DNA of 64,000 nt from Thermodesulfobacteriota bacterium (lineage in GTDB: Bacteria > Desulfobacterota > Desulfobulbia > Desulfobulbales > SURF-16): NCBI GenBank assembly GCA_040755455.1, contig JBFMAY010000002.1:64001-128000 (forward strand), read 5' to 3'. The notes under the pieces were generated by a model. That model saw only the letters and a program-made list of their open reading frames with translations. It was not told where the DNA came from and made no database searches. Made by a program: the position numbers and the translations under genes. Every line of letters starts with the position of its first letter. The first letter of the stretch is position 1. Positions 17,632 through 26,417 of the stretch are shown one piece after another.

Positions 17632-18378
17632 ATGTCGGGCGGCTTTTCCAATAAACCGAAAATACTGCGCGGGGCCTTTGTGGAGTATGGACTCAGCATC
17701 CCTCCCCTTATTGTGCCGTTCCAGTTCAATCCGGTGCAGCTTACCAGGAACCGCAGCCTGATCTTCTCCGTACCCAATGCCCCGGCCCAGACAGGGCCTG
17801 CAGGCGAGACCGAGGAGGGACGAGCCACCAGGGTTGCGGCCAGCCGATCGACGCTGCGCCAGTTTCACCAGCGGGAGGAGTTCTCCGATCTGCTGGAGCT
17901 GCAACGGCAGCAGCAGGTGCAGGTGGGCGAGGAGTCCATCACCTTTGACATCCGCCTTGACGCGACGGACAAGCTCAATGACGGCGACGCCATCACCGAG
18001 CAGTTCGGCATCATGCCGCAGCTCTGCACCCTGGAACTCATGGTCTACCCCAAGAGCGAAAGCATGCTGGGCGCGGCGCTGGGCGCGCTGCTCGGCTCAT
18101 CCGGCGGGTTTTCCTTCACCCGCGGGGAGAACCCGCCGATGATTCTCTTCATCTGGGGCCGCAAAAGGGTACTGCCGGTGAACATCAACAGCATGAACAT
18201 CACGGAGACGGAGTTCAGCACGGATCTCAACCCCATCCGGGCAAGCGTGGCGGTGAACCTGACGGTGATCGAGGGGCCGAACCCAGTGTTTAAATATTCA
18301 AAGGCGATGAAAGAGGTCATGTCCGTGCTCAATGTGACCAATCTCGTCAATATAACCGATGTGGTGATTCCGGGATAA
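17632..18378 (+). CDS. CIS tube-initiator-like protein (Afp7 N-domain / CIS_tube-like)
   Basis: PFQFNP.QL.R, E.ITFDIRLDATD, PP..LFIWG..RVLPV.I.SM.ITE..F...LNPIRA.V.V.L. Confidence 0.85.
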   Translation: MSGGFSNKPKILRGAFVEYGLSIPPLIVPFQFNPVQLTRNRSLIFSVPNAPAQTGPAGETEEGRATRVAASRSTLRQFHQREEFSDLLELQRQQQVQVGEESITFDIRLDATDKLNDGDAITEQFGIMPQLCTLELMVYPKSESMLGAALGALLGSSGGFSFTRGENPPMILFIWGRKRVLPVNINSMNITETEFSTDLNPIRASVAVNLTVIEGPNPVFKYSKAMKEVMSVLNVTNLVNITDVVIPG

Positions 18379-18381
18379 GCC

Positions 18382-18972
18382 ATGTTTTTCAAGAACTCAC
18401 GTTACAGAAAACAGCCATTCGCGGTGACCATCGACGCCAAGGGCCGCAGGCTCAAGTCCGTGACCCTGCGCGCCGCGCCGGAAACCAGCGGCACCTTCCT
18501 GCACACCATCGAGGAGGGCGACCGGCTCGATCACCTGGCCTACAAATATTACAAGGCCCCAAAAAAATGGTGGCGCATCATTGATGCCAACCCGGAATTC
18601 TCCTCGCCCCTTGACCTGCTCGGTTCAGGGGTGATGAGGTGCGTGCGCATTCCCCTGGCCCATGATGACGAGGCGGATGAGCCGCCCTGGAGCCAGCTTG
18701 CCGCCGGCCTTGCCGCGCTCATCGGCGTTGACGCATACCGGTTTGCGGAAACCGTGCTGCTCAACGAGGACAGCCTGAATGTGGCCGGCGAGACGATACC
18801 GGTCGCCACGGAGAGCTATGAGCGGTCGGTGATCGTCAGCTACAACAGTATAAACATTACTGAGAGCGAGCTTGCGGCAGCCGTGAACGCGGCCGGCTTT
18901 ACCGCGGGCCGGCCGGAGAATATCGGCCGGATCGGCAGGCAGATTATCATTGCCCCTGACGGCCCGGCGTAA
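18382..18972 (+). CDS. LysM/tail-X-like baseplate protein with an inserted domain
   Basis: MF...SRY, H.IEEGDRLDHLAYKYY..P.KWWRIIDANP..PLDL and terminal GRQIII.P. Confidence 0.85.
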   Translation: MFFKNSRYRKQPFAVTIDAKGRRLKSVTLRAAPETSGTFLHTIEEGDRLDHLAYKYYKAPKKWWRIIDANPEFSSPLDLLGSGVMRCVRIPLAHDDEADEPPWSQLAAGLAALIGVDAYRFAETVLLNEDSLNVAGETIPVATESYERSVIVSYNSINITESELAAAVNAAGFTAGRPENIGRIGRQIIIAPDGPA

Positions 18973-18982
18973 AAAGCGCACC

Positions 18983-20092
18983 ATGGAAAACGAGCATTTA
19001 ACCATCGAGATTGACGGGGCGGAGATCAGCGACCTCTATCCCCGGCTCATCAGTCTGGAGGTTGAGCATGACATTGAACTGGCCGCCATGTTCCGCATGC
19101 AGTTTTCCCTGCTGCTTGACCAGGGGGGCTCGTGGGGCATCCTGGATGACGAGCGTTTGCGGATCTGGAAACAGGTGAACATCCGCGCCGGGTTAAGCGA
19201 GGCGGACGATGAGCTGATGACAGGCTATATCACCCATGTCACCCCTTATTTTGACGGCGACCCGGCCCGCTGCGTGCTGGAGGTATGGGGCATGGACGCC
19301 AGCGTGCTCATGGACCGGGAGGAGAAGCTTAAAGACTGGCCGAACAAGAAGGACAGCGATATCGCCTCCGAGATCCTCGGCACCTATGGCCTGACGCCCG
19401 ATGTGGAGGACACCGAGGTGATCCATGACGAGGCGCTGTCCACCATCATCCAGCGGGAGACGGACATGCAGTTTTTAAAAAGACTGGCCCTGCGCAACGG
19501 CTTTGCGTGCTATGTGGAGGGCGATACGGCCTTTTTCAAAAAACCGCGGCTGGATGATCCGCCCCAGCCGGTGCTGTCCGTCCACTTCGGCAGCGAGACC
19601 ACGGTCAACCGTTTGTCGCTCACGGTCAATGCCCTGAGCCCGGCCAATGTGGCCATGTTCCAGATCGACCGGAACACGAAAGAGGTGCTGGAGGCCGAGG
19701 CCATTGCCAGTGAGCAGACGACCCTGGGCGCTGATGATGCGGCAAGCCATCTCGGCCCGGGCATGAATCCGGCCCAGGTTTTCGTCGGCCGCACCGCAGC
19801 AACCGGCACCCCGGAGATGACTGCCCTGTGCCGGGAACTGTACCATCAGGGCGAATGGTTTGTGGAAGGGGAAGGGGAAACAGAGGCCAACCAGTACGGC
19901 CACATCCTCAAATCGAGGAAAACCGTGACCATCAGGGGCATCGGTGAGACATACAGCGGGGTCTACTTTGTGAGCCACGTCACCCACATCTTCACCGATG
20001 ACGGCTACCGGCAGCTCTTCAAGGTCAAACGCAACGCCCTGCTGCCCACCGGCGCGGAAGAATTTTCATCCTCTTCTTCCGGGCTGCTGTAG
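18983..20092 (+). CDS. Phage late control D / gp27-like hub protein (VgrG N-terminal half)
   Basis: LMTGYIT, V.GMDAS.LMD, Q.ETDMQFLKRLA.RNGF, TVTIRGIG..YSG.YFV..VTH; start moved to ATG 18983. Confidence 0.9.
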   Translation: MENEHLTIEIDGAEISDLYPRLISLEVEHDIELAAMFRMQFSLLLDQGGSWGILDDERLRIWKQVNIRAGLSEADDELMTGYITHVTPYFDGDPARCVLEVWGMDASVLMDREEKLKDWPNKKDSDIASEILGTYGLTPDVEDTEVIHDEALSTIIQRETDMQFLKRLALRNGFACYVEGDTAFFKKPRLDDPPQPVLSVHFGSETTVNRLSLTVNALSPANVAMFQIDRNTKEVLEAEAIASEQTTLGADDAASHLGPGMNPAQVFVGRTAATGTPEMTALCRELYHQGEWFVEGEGETEANQYGHILKSRKTVTIRGIGETYSGVYFVSHVTHIFTDDGYRQLFKVKRNALLPTGAEEFSSSSSGLL

Positions 20093-20158
20093 GAGCGGTT
20101 CGCAAACCGCCCCTTGGCGCCACATGGGATTCAGGGCACCCACAAGGGGTGCACCTAC
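20089..20158. repeat. Inverted REP doublet (REPIN-like)
   Basis: GTAGgagcggttcgcaaaccgcccct ... agggcacccacaaggggtgcacCTAC; GTAG-led hairpins on opposite strands; the first GTAG contains the upstream TAG stop. Confidence 0.7.
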
Positions 20159-20192
20159 GGATGGGAGGGAAAGAAAGAGATGAGGGGATTAC

Positions 20193-21074
20193 TTGTCGCT
20201 TGAAAAGATCGTTGCCAGACTGGTGGACAAGGTGGAACACCGTTATTACGGCAAATACCGTGGTATCGTGGTGGACAATGCCGACCCCGAGCATCTGGGC
20301 AGATTAAAACTCAAGGTGCCGAGCATTCTGGGCAACGACATTGTCACCGGCTGGGCCGCAGCCTGTGTCCCATACGGCGGGGAGGCGAACCAGGGCATGC
20401 TGTTCATCCCCGAGGTCAACGCCGGGGTGTGGGTTGAATTTGAAGAGGGGGATCTGGAGTTTCCCATCTGGGTGGGCGCCTTCTGGAGCAAGCCGGACGG
20501 CGAGAGCGAGCTGCCCAAACCCAATGACCCCGACGGCGCGGAGCAGGGCGGGGTGCAGGACCCGCCCACCCGCAAGATCATTAAAACGGTCAAGGGCCAC
20601 TCCATCCAGTTCGAGGACAAGGACGGCGAGGAGCTGATCACCATCGTCGAGGCGGTGAACAGCAATGTCATCACCCTGGACGCAAACGGCATCACCATTA
20701 AAGACGGGGCCGGCACCATCACCATTGAAGACGCGAACGGCAACCAGGTGTTGCTGGACAGCAGCGGCATCACCTGCACGGACATGAGCGGCAACGAGAT
20801 CAAGATGGACAGCCAGGGGGTAAAGGTGTCTGATGCCAACGGCAACACCATCAAGATGGATGCCATGAGCGGTTTCCCGGCGGGACCGGGGGTGAAGGTC
20901 AATGGCGGCTCAGGCCGGGTGTGCATGGAAGGGCTGATCAACTGGCTGATGACCCATCAGCATGTGGGCAATCTGGGGGCGCCGACCCCGCTCTTTCCGG
21001 GGAGCATGGTCGATCTCACCATGGCCCTTTCCGGGGTGAATGCCCTGCTGTCAAAAAAAATAAAGGTGGAGTAA
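20193..21074 (+). CDS. Baseplate assembly protein V / gp5-like spike
   Basis: YYGKYRGIVVDN.DPE.LGRLKLKVP, P.V...VWVEFE.GD..FPIW.G OB-fold; 17-aa beta-helix repeats (GITCTDMSGNEIKMDSQ); terminal HQH motif; TTG start after a GAGGGG RBS. Confidence 0.92.
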   Translation: MSLEKIVARLVDKVEHRYYGKYRGIVVDNADPEHLGRLKLKVPSILGNDIVTGWAAACVPYGGEANQGMLFIPEVNAGVWVEFEEGDLEFPIWVGAFWSKPDGESELPKPNDPDGAEQGGVQDPPTRKIIKTVKGHSIQFEDKDGEELITIVEAVNSNVITLDANGITIKDGAGTITIEDANGNQVLLDSSGITCTDMSGNEIKMDSQGVKVSDANGNTIKMDAMSGFPAGPGVKVNGGSGRVCMEGLINWLMTHQHVGNLGAPTPLFPGSMVDLTMALSGVNALLSKKIKVE

Positions 21075-21081
21075 TGCGACC

Positions 21082-21432
21082 ATGGGCCTGATTATCGGCG
21101 ACGAAAATGCCTCCCAGGGCATGACCAAGGCGATCTACGACAAGATCCGCCAGGTCATGGAGCCCATTGACGGCGCAAGCGAGGAGCAGATGACGGATAT
21201 CCGCGCCGGCTGGAAGAAGCTCTCCCATGCCATCGCCCACGGCGTGGTCACCCATATCAAGTCGAACATGGAGATCAAAAAGATCAAGACCATCGATAAG
21301 GTGAGCGTGCAGGGTTCCACCGGCACGGCCGCGCCCAGCGCCCACTCGCACAGTGTGGCCATTGCGGCCGAGGACGGGAATCTGCAGTTTACCGAGACCA
21401 ATTATCCCGCAGGACAGGGACATGTGGAGTGA
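21082..21432 (+). CDS. Hypothetical protein in the usual PAAR gene position
   Basis: 116 aa, tightly packed between the spike and gp25 genes; helical N-half, AHSHSV motif; no PAAR repeats. Confidence 0.7.
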   Translation: MGLIIGDENASQGMTKAIYDKIRQVMEPIDGASEEQMTDIRAGWKKLSHAIAHGVVTHIKSNMEIKKIKTIDKVSVQGSTGTAAPSAHSHSVAIAAEDGNLQFTETNYPAGQGHVE

Positions 21433-21437
21433 CAGCC

Positions 21438-21806
21438 ATGGCAGGTGAAGTGACCACATTCGGCTTCCCCTTTGCGGTGAACAAGGCGGGCGGCATCAGC
21501 GCCAGCGGCGGCGACGAGGCCATCCGGGGCAAGATTATCCAGGTGCTGTTTACCGCGCCCGGCGAAAGGGTGAACATGCCCGAATTCGGCTGCGGCATCT
21601 TCAACCTGGTGTTTGAGGCCAACAACACCATTCTCGCCGCGGCCATGGAGTTCACCATCGGCCAGGCCTTGGCCCGCTGGCTGGATGAGGACATCATCGT
21701 GGACGGCGTTGACGTGGAGTCCCGGGAAGAGACCATCACCGTGGAGATCTCCTACACCAGAAGGCAGGATTTGAGCCGGGAGACGGTGCGGATACATTTT
21801 CGATAA
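21438..21806 (+). CDS. GPW/gp25 family baseplate protein (Afp9-like)
   Basis: GFPF, I...I.QVLFT.PGERVNMPEFGCGI..LVFE; ATG 21438 follows GGAG. Confidence 0.93.
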   Translation: MAGEVTTFGFPFAVNKAGGISASGGDEAIRGKIIQVLFTAPGERVNMPEFGCGIFNLVFEANNTILAAAMEFTIGQALARWLDEDIIVDGVDVESREETITVEISYTRRQDLSRETVRIHFR

Positions 21807-21865
21807 AGACGTTCAAGCGTTTGAGCGTTTAAACGCTGGAACGCTACCACCCGAAGGGTAAGAAT

Positions 21866-23425
21866 ATGGCAGAGATCAAGAAGATAGACGAACACACCAT
21901 TGTGGACTACATGGCCCGGGACTATGACAGCCTGCTGCAGTCCATGCGGGAACTCATTCCGGCCAGGCTGCCGGAGTGGAAAAGCTATGCCTCGGAGGCC
22001 GATTTCGGCAATGTCCTGCTGCAGCTCTTTGCCCACATGGGCGACATCCTCAGCTACTATCAGGACCGGGTGGCCAATGAGAGCTTCCTGGGCACGGCCC
22101 AGAGCAGACGAAGCGTCATTGATCACCTGAAACTGATCGGCTACCGGCTGGCCACCGCTGCCCCGGCCTCCGCCACCCTGGACCTGACCATTCCGGCCGC
22201 CTGCACGGCGGTCATCACCCTCCGCCGGGGCGACGCCTTTGCCACCAAAAGCCAGAAGGACAAGCCCAGCGTCCGCTTTGAATACAGCCGGGAGGACAAC
22301 CTGGTGATTGACTGCAGCACCCTGTCCGTTGATCCGGCAACCAGCAAGAAATACTTCAGGGGCGTGCCGGTTGAGGAGGGACGCCTGGTTAAAAACGAGA
22401 TCATCGGCTTTTCCGACGGCGGCAAAAACCAGCGATTCACCCTGGCCCATGCCGGGCTGATCCTACGCTCAGCCGGGGCAACCCAGAAAATCAACCGGGA
22501 TATCATTATCACCACCAGCCTGGGCGAGACCATTGACGAGTGGACCCTGCAGGAAAGCCTGGCCTTCAGCCGGGAAAAGCAGAAGGACTACACCGTGGAG
22601 ATTGACGATGAGGACTCGGCCACCATCATTTTCGGCGACGGCACCTTTGGCGCCATACCCGCAGGCGGCGCAACCATCAGGGCCACCTACCGGGTGGGCG
22701 GGGGGCTCAAGGGCAACACCCCGGCAGGCACCATCCAAACCATCGTCGACGCCGCGCAGCTGGTGTTAAACGGCATCAAGGCCACCAACCCGGAGGCCGC
22801 CACCGGCGGCGCGGAACGGGAGAGCATCAAGCATGCCGTCATGCACGCCCCGTCCGTGTTCCGCTCGCTGAAACGGGCGGTCACCGAGGATGACTACAAG
22901 GCCCTGGCCCTGGACTTCAAGGGGGTGGGCAAGGTGCGGGCCGTGTCCGCCAGCTGGAACCGGGTCACCTTGTTTGTCGCACCCGAGGGCGGCGGCCGGG
23001 TGAGCGACGTGCTGGAGGCAGGTCTGCTGGCCTACTTCGAGGACAAGCGGCCGGTTACCACCATTATCACCATCGAGGATGTGGATTATGTCAAGCTTTA
23101 CATCACCGCCGCCATCGGGGTGAAAAGCTACTATCCGCCTGATGACGTGAAGGAAAAGGTGATGGCCGCGGCGGCCGCGCTGCTGGCCTTTGCCAATGTC
23201 GATTTCGCCCAGACCATCTATCTCTCCAAATTCTACGAGGCGATCGAGGCGGTGGAAGGGGTGGATTACGTCACCATCAGCGAGTTCAGGCGCCAGAATC
23301 AGCCGGCCGGTTATGTTGAACCGGCGGGCAAGATCACCATGAAGGAAAATGAGATCCCCGTTATTCCCGCAGGTGTCCCGGCCTATGCCAAGGGCATCAG
23401 AATCGTTATCGAGGGTGAAAGCTGA
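21866..23425 (+). CDS. Baseplate J/gp47-like protein (Afp11-like)
   Basis: DYMARDYDSL, DFG.VLLQLFAHMGDILSYYQDRVANESFL.TA..R.SV, FGDG..G.IP, YRVGGG..GN, RAVT.DDY. Confidence 0.93.
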   Translation: MAEIKKIDEHTIVDYMARDYDSLLQSMRELIPARLPEWKSYASEADFGNVLLQLFAHMGDILSYYQDRVANESFLGTAQSRRSVIDHLKLIGYRLATAAPASATLDLTIPAACTAVITLRRGDAFATKSQKDKPSVRFEYSREDNLVIDCSTLSVDPATSKKYFRGVPVEEGRLVKNEIIGFSDGGKNQRFTLAHAGLILRSAGATQKINRDIIITTSLGETIDEWTLQESLAFSREKQKDYTVEIDDEDSATIIFGDGTFGAIPAGGATIRATYRVGGGLKGNTPAGTIQTIVDAAQLVLNGIKATNPEAATGGAERESIKHAVMHAPSVFRSLKRAVTEDDYKALALDFKGVGKVRAVSASWNRVTLFVAPEGGGRVSDVLEAGLLAYFEDKRPVTTIITIEDVDYVKLYITAAIGVKSYYPPDDVKEKVMAAAAALLAFANVDFAQTIYLSKFYEAIEAVEGVDYVTISEFRRQNQPAGYVEPAGKITMKENEIPVIPAGVPAYAKGIRIVIEGES

Positions 23426-23427
23426 CC

Positions 23428-25758
23428 ATGCGTCTCAAGGCGATAACAGCAGCAGCCTGTCCTGAAGGCAACAGGATAGCGCTTTCCTGGACCAACCCTG
23501 ATCCGGCAGGCTTCCCGGGCATCAGGGTGGTGCGCCGGGAAAAGACCTTTCCCGTCTCGCCGCAGGACGGCGTCATCGTGGCCCAAGGAACAGAGCTTGC
23601 CAGCGGCTTCAATGCCGACGGCGAGGCGCTCTACTCCATTATCGACAGCAATCTGCAGGGCGAGACCCACTATTATTACACCCTCTTTCCCTATCTGGGA
23701 GCCCCCCCGGTCTTTGCCTTCGATTACCATAACCGCTGCGTGGCCATGGCCACGCAGGCATACGGGTTCGGAGCCCGGATGTTTGACCAGCTGCCGCGCA
23801 TCTATCACCGCTATGACACGGTGCTGCCCGCCGACCCTGCCGAGGTGCCGGCGGAGCTTGGCCAGGCCGGCCAGCTCAGGCGCTTTCTCGAGGTGCCGGG
23901 CAGCATGCTCGATCTGCTCTATAGCCATGCGGGCGCCGCACTCGATCTGCACAACACGGACCGCATGGACGGACGGCTGCTGCCCCTGCCGGCCCAGTGG
24001 ATCGCCTGGCAGATCGACTACCGGCTGGAAATCGACGCCCAGCGCAACGAGATCCGCAACGCCCCCCATCTTTACAAAACCGTGGGGCTGATCCCCACGG
24101 TGGAAGCCACGGTGAAGCGCCTCACCAACTGGGAAAGCAGGGTAAAGGAGTTTGTCCACAACATCTTTCTCAGCAACAACCCGGAAAGGCTCAACCTGTG
24201 GACCATGCGCCTTGATGAGGAAGGGCAGTGGCAGGAGGCGACAGAGCCCTTTTCGCTGAATTTCGCCTATGAGGGCCGGCCTGCGGCAGTCACCGATGCG
24301 GACGGCGCCATCTGGCTTTTCTATCATACCCGCAAAATGAACCGATGGGATATCTGGCACAAAACCTGGTCAGCGGCAGACGGCTGGTCGCCGAGCAGTC
24401 CGCTTTCGGAAAGCCGGAACATTGATAAGCATCCCGCCGCGGCCCTGCAGGGCACCACCCTGTGGCTCTTCTGGAGTTCCTACAGCGAGCAGGATGGCAC
24501 CTGGCGCATTCTTTACCAGCGCAGAAGCGCCGGGGCGTGGTCAGAGGCGGCAACCTTCGGCACAGATTTGCTTCAGCGCCGGGCACCTGCGGCAACGGCG
24601 GACAGCAGCGGCGGCCTCTGGCTCTTCTGGCTGGAGCTGGACGCCGGCCGCTGGCAGATGAAGTACAACCGTCATGACGGCACGGACTGGCAGCTCGCCT
24701 CCCCTGCCCTGTTCCCGCAGGATAGCGGGCTCGATGCCAGGGTTGACAGCGAGCCGTTTGTGCTCGCTCATACCAGCGGTGCGGTGGAGCGGCTCATGGT
24801 GCTCTGGTCGCGCAAGGAGCCGGCGGCCCTCCCAGGCCAGACCAGGTGGACTGTGGCCTGCCGGGTCAAGGGCTCCGTCGATCCGGCAAACAGCGCGGAC
24901 TGGGGAGGCGTCCTGCTCAAACCCAAGGATACGGCGGACGTAAACGACAGCGACCCCGTTGCCCTGGCCGGGCCGGCCGGCAATGTCGAGATCTTTTTCA
25001 GCTCGGACCAGAGCGGCAGCTGGTCCCTGTGGCGCACCGGACTTGATCCCGCCTCCTGCGCCTGGGCCGCCGCCGAGCAAATCAGCCGCTCGCCCTATAC
25101 GGAACGCTATCCCCTGCCGCTTTTGCTCCGCGGCGAGAGAATGGTCCTCTTTCGGACCAACCGCAACCTCACATACAGCAGCGATGTATACAAGGCAACC
25201 AAGACCATGGATATGCGCTATGCCGGCAGTGTCAGCTGCATGGCGGCCAACATTGCCAAAAACTCCCTGCGCGGCAAATTCACCGATTTCCAGGCCTACA
25301 CCCATGATGTCGGGGTGGACGGCAAAATGACGGACAGCAACTGGTACTCCCGCCAGACGCTGGGCATCTACCTCACCCCGGACACTGAGGATCCGGGCCT
25401 CATTCTGCGCAACCAGAAGTTGTTGCGCGGGGTGCTGCACCAGTTTCTGCCCATCCAGGTGCGCTATGTCTTTGTCATCGAGCCCGCCATCTACAAGGAA
25501 CAGATCTACACCTACGATTTCCCCACCGCGGAAAACGCACGGTTCATTGAAGAGCAATATACAGACAGCCTGACAACGGTGAGTTCCGAGGTTTACAGCG
25601 GACCCGCCGACAGTTATGCCGACCGGATTCCGGAATGGCGCTGGCTGCGCTCCTGGAGCACGGAGTACACCGCGGGCGGCAGTGTTGATTTTGCCGCCGG
25701 GCCGGTCAGCACCCGCTTCAGGACGTGGCATGTCGGTGTAACAGAAGGAGAGGAGTAA
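23428..25758 (+). CDS. Baseplate wedge / tail protein I-like (Afp12-like) with an FN3-like N-terminus and a Trp-rich beta-propeller insertion
   Basis: LP.IY.RYD, LRRFL, LLPL..W.AW, LYK..G gpI-type motifs; about six repeats of P.A..D..G.IWLFW.....W.I.Y. Confidence 0.8.
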   Translation: MRLKAITAAACPEGNRIALSWTNPDPAGFPGIRVVRREKTFPVSPQDGVIVAQGTELASGFNADGEALYSIIDSNLQGETHYYYTLFPYLGAPPVFAFDYHNRCVAMATQAYGFGARMFDQLPRIYHRYDTVLPADPAEVPAELGQAGQLRRFLEVPGSMLDLLYSHAGAALDLHNTDRMDGRLLPLPAQWIAWQIDYRLEIDAQRNEIRNAPHLYKTVGLIPTVEATVKRLTNWESRVKEFVHNIFLSNNPERLNLWTMRLDEEGQWQEATEPFSLNFAYEGRPAAVTDADGAIWLFYHTRKMNRWDIWHKTWSAADGWSPSSPLSESRNIDKHPAAALQGTTLWLFWSSYSEQDGTWRILYQRRSAGAWSEAATFGTDLLQRRAPAATADSSGGLWLFWLELDAGRWQMKYNRHDGTDWQLASPALFPQDSGLDARVDSEPFVLAHTSGAVERLMVLWSRKEPAALPGQTRWTVACRVKGSVDPANSADWGGVLLKPKDTADVNDSDPVALAGPAGNVEIFFSSDQSGSWSLWRTGLDPASCAWAAAEQISRSPYTERYPLPLLLRGERMVLFRTNRNLTYSSDVYKATKTMDMRYAGSVSCMAANIAKNSLRGKFTDFQAYTHDVGVDGKMTDSNWYSRQTLGIYLTPDTEDPGLILRNQKLLRGVLHQFLPIQVRYVFVIEPAIYKEQIYTYDFPTAENARFIEEQYTDSLTTVSSEVYSGPADSYADRIPEWRWLRSWSTEYTAGGSVDFAAGPVSTRFRTWHVGVTEGEE

Positions 25759-26285
25759 TGGAACATATCGGCAATCAGTTAAAGGGCATATACCGGGATA
25801 TCCTGAAAACGGCAGACGGCAGCGTGATCCACGACAGCGGCTGGGTCAGCAATACCATCGTCGAGCGGTGCCGCATCCTGCTGGCGGGTTTCATGCGCAA
25901 CGACCCCACCGACGGCATTCACCACCTGGCCTTCGGCCAGGGGCTGGCAACATGGGACAGCGCCGGTGTGCCTGCCCCGGACCCCACGGCCACGGCACTG
26001 GTGGCGCCGTACAATCCGCCCATTGCCGCGGCAAGTCTCACCATGACCTATCTGGACGAAGACAACAACGAGGTGGCGGCCCCGACCAGCAGGCTGCAGA
26101 TCACGGCAATCCTGGCCCCGGGTTATCCCGCGCCGCTGGCGCCGCTGACCACCTACCCTTTACGGGAATTCGGTCTGTTCGGCAGATTTAACGGCGCGGA
26201 TTACATGATCAATTCAATCAGACATGCGGTGATTCATAAAGACGCATCAGCCACGCTGATCAGGATGATCCGCCTGTTTTTTTAA
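25758..26285 (+). CDS. Phage baseplate/tail-fibre-attachment-like protein (REFGLFG family)
   Basis: N.IV..C..LLA..M, LA.G.G...WD, LREFGLFG, I.K....L.R.IRL.F; ATG overlaps the upstream TAA (TAATG) after GGAG. Confidence 0.75.
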   Translation: MEHIGNQLKGIYRDILKTADGSVIHDSGWVSNTIVERCRILLAGFMRNDPTDGIHHLAFGQGLATWDSAGVPAPDPTATALVAPYNPPIAAASLTMTYLDEDNNEVAAPTSRLQITAILAPGYPAPLAPLTTYPLREFGLFGRFNGADYMINSIRHAVIHKDASATLIRMIRLFF

Positions 26286-26304
26286 TAAAAAAACGTTCCG
26301 CAGG

Positions 26305-26331
26305 GCAGGAGCGGGCCATGCCCTCTCCTGC
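26305..26331. repeat. REP-like hairpin
   Basis: gcaggag-cgggc-cat-gccct-ctcctgc, intergenic. Confidence 0.4.
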
Positions 26332-26417
26332 TGCAGGATGACATTACTTTCCCAGGTTTCGGGCTTACCCGGCAACGGTAAACCGTGAACTGACTTTCAC
26401 TGCAAGGGGTGTACAAT

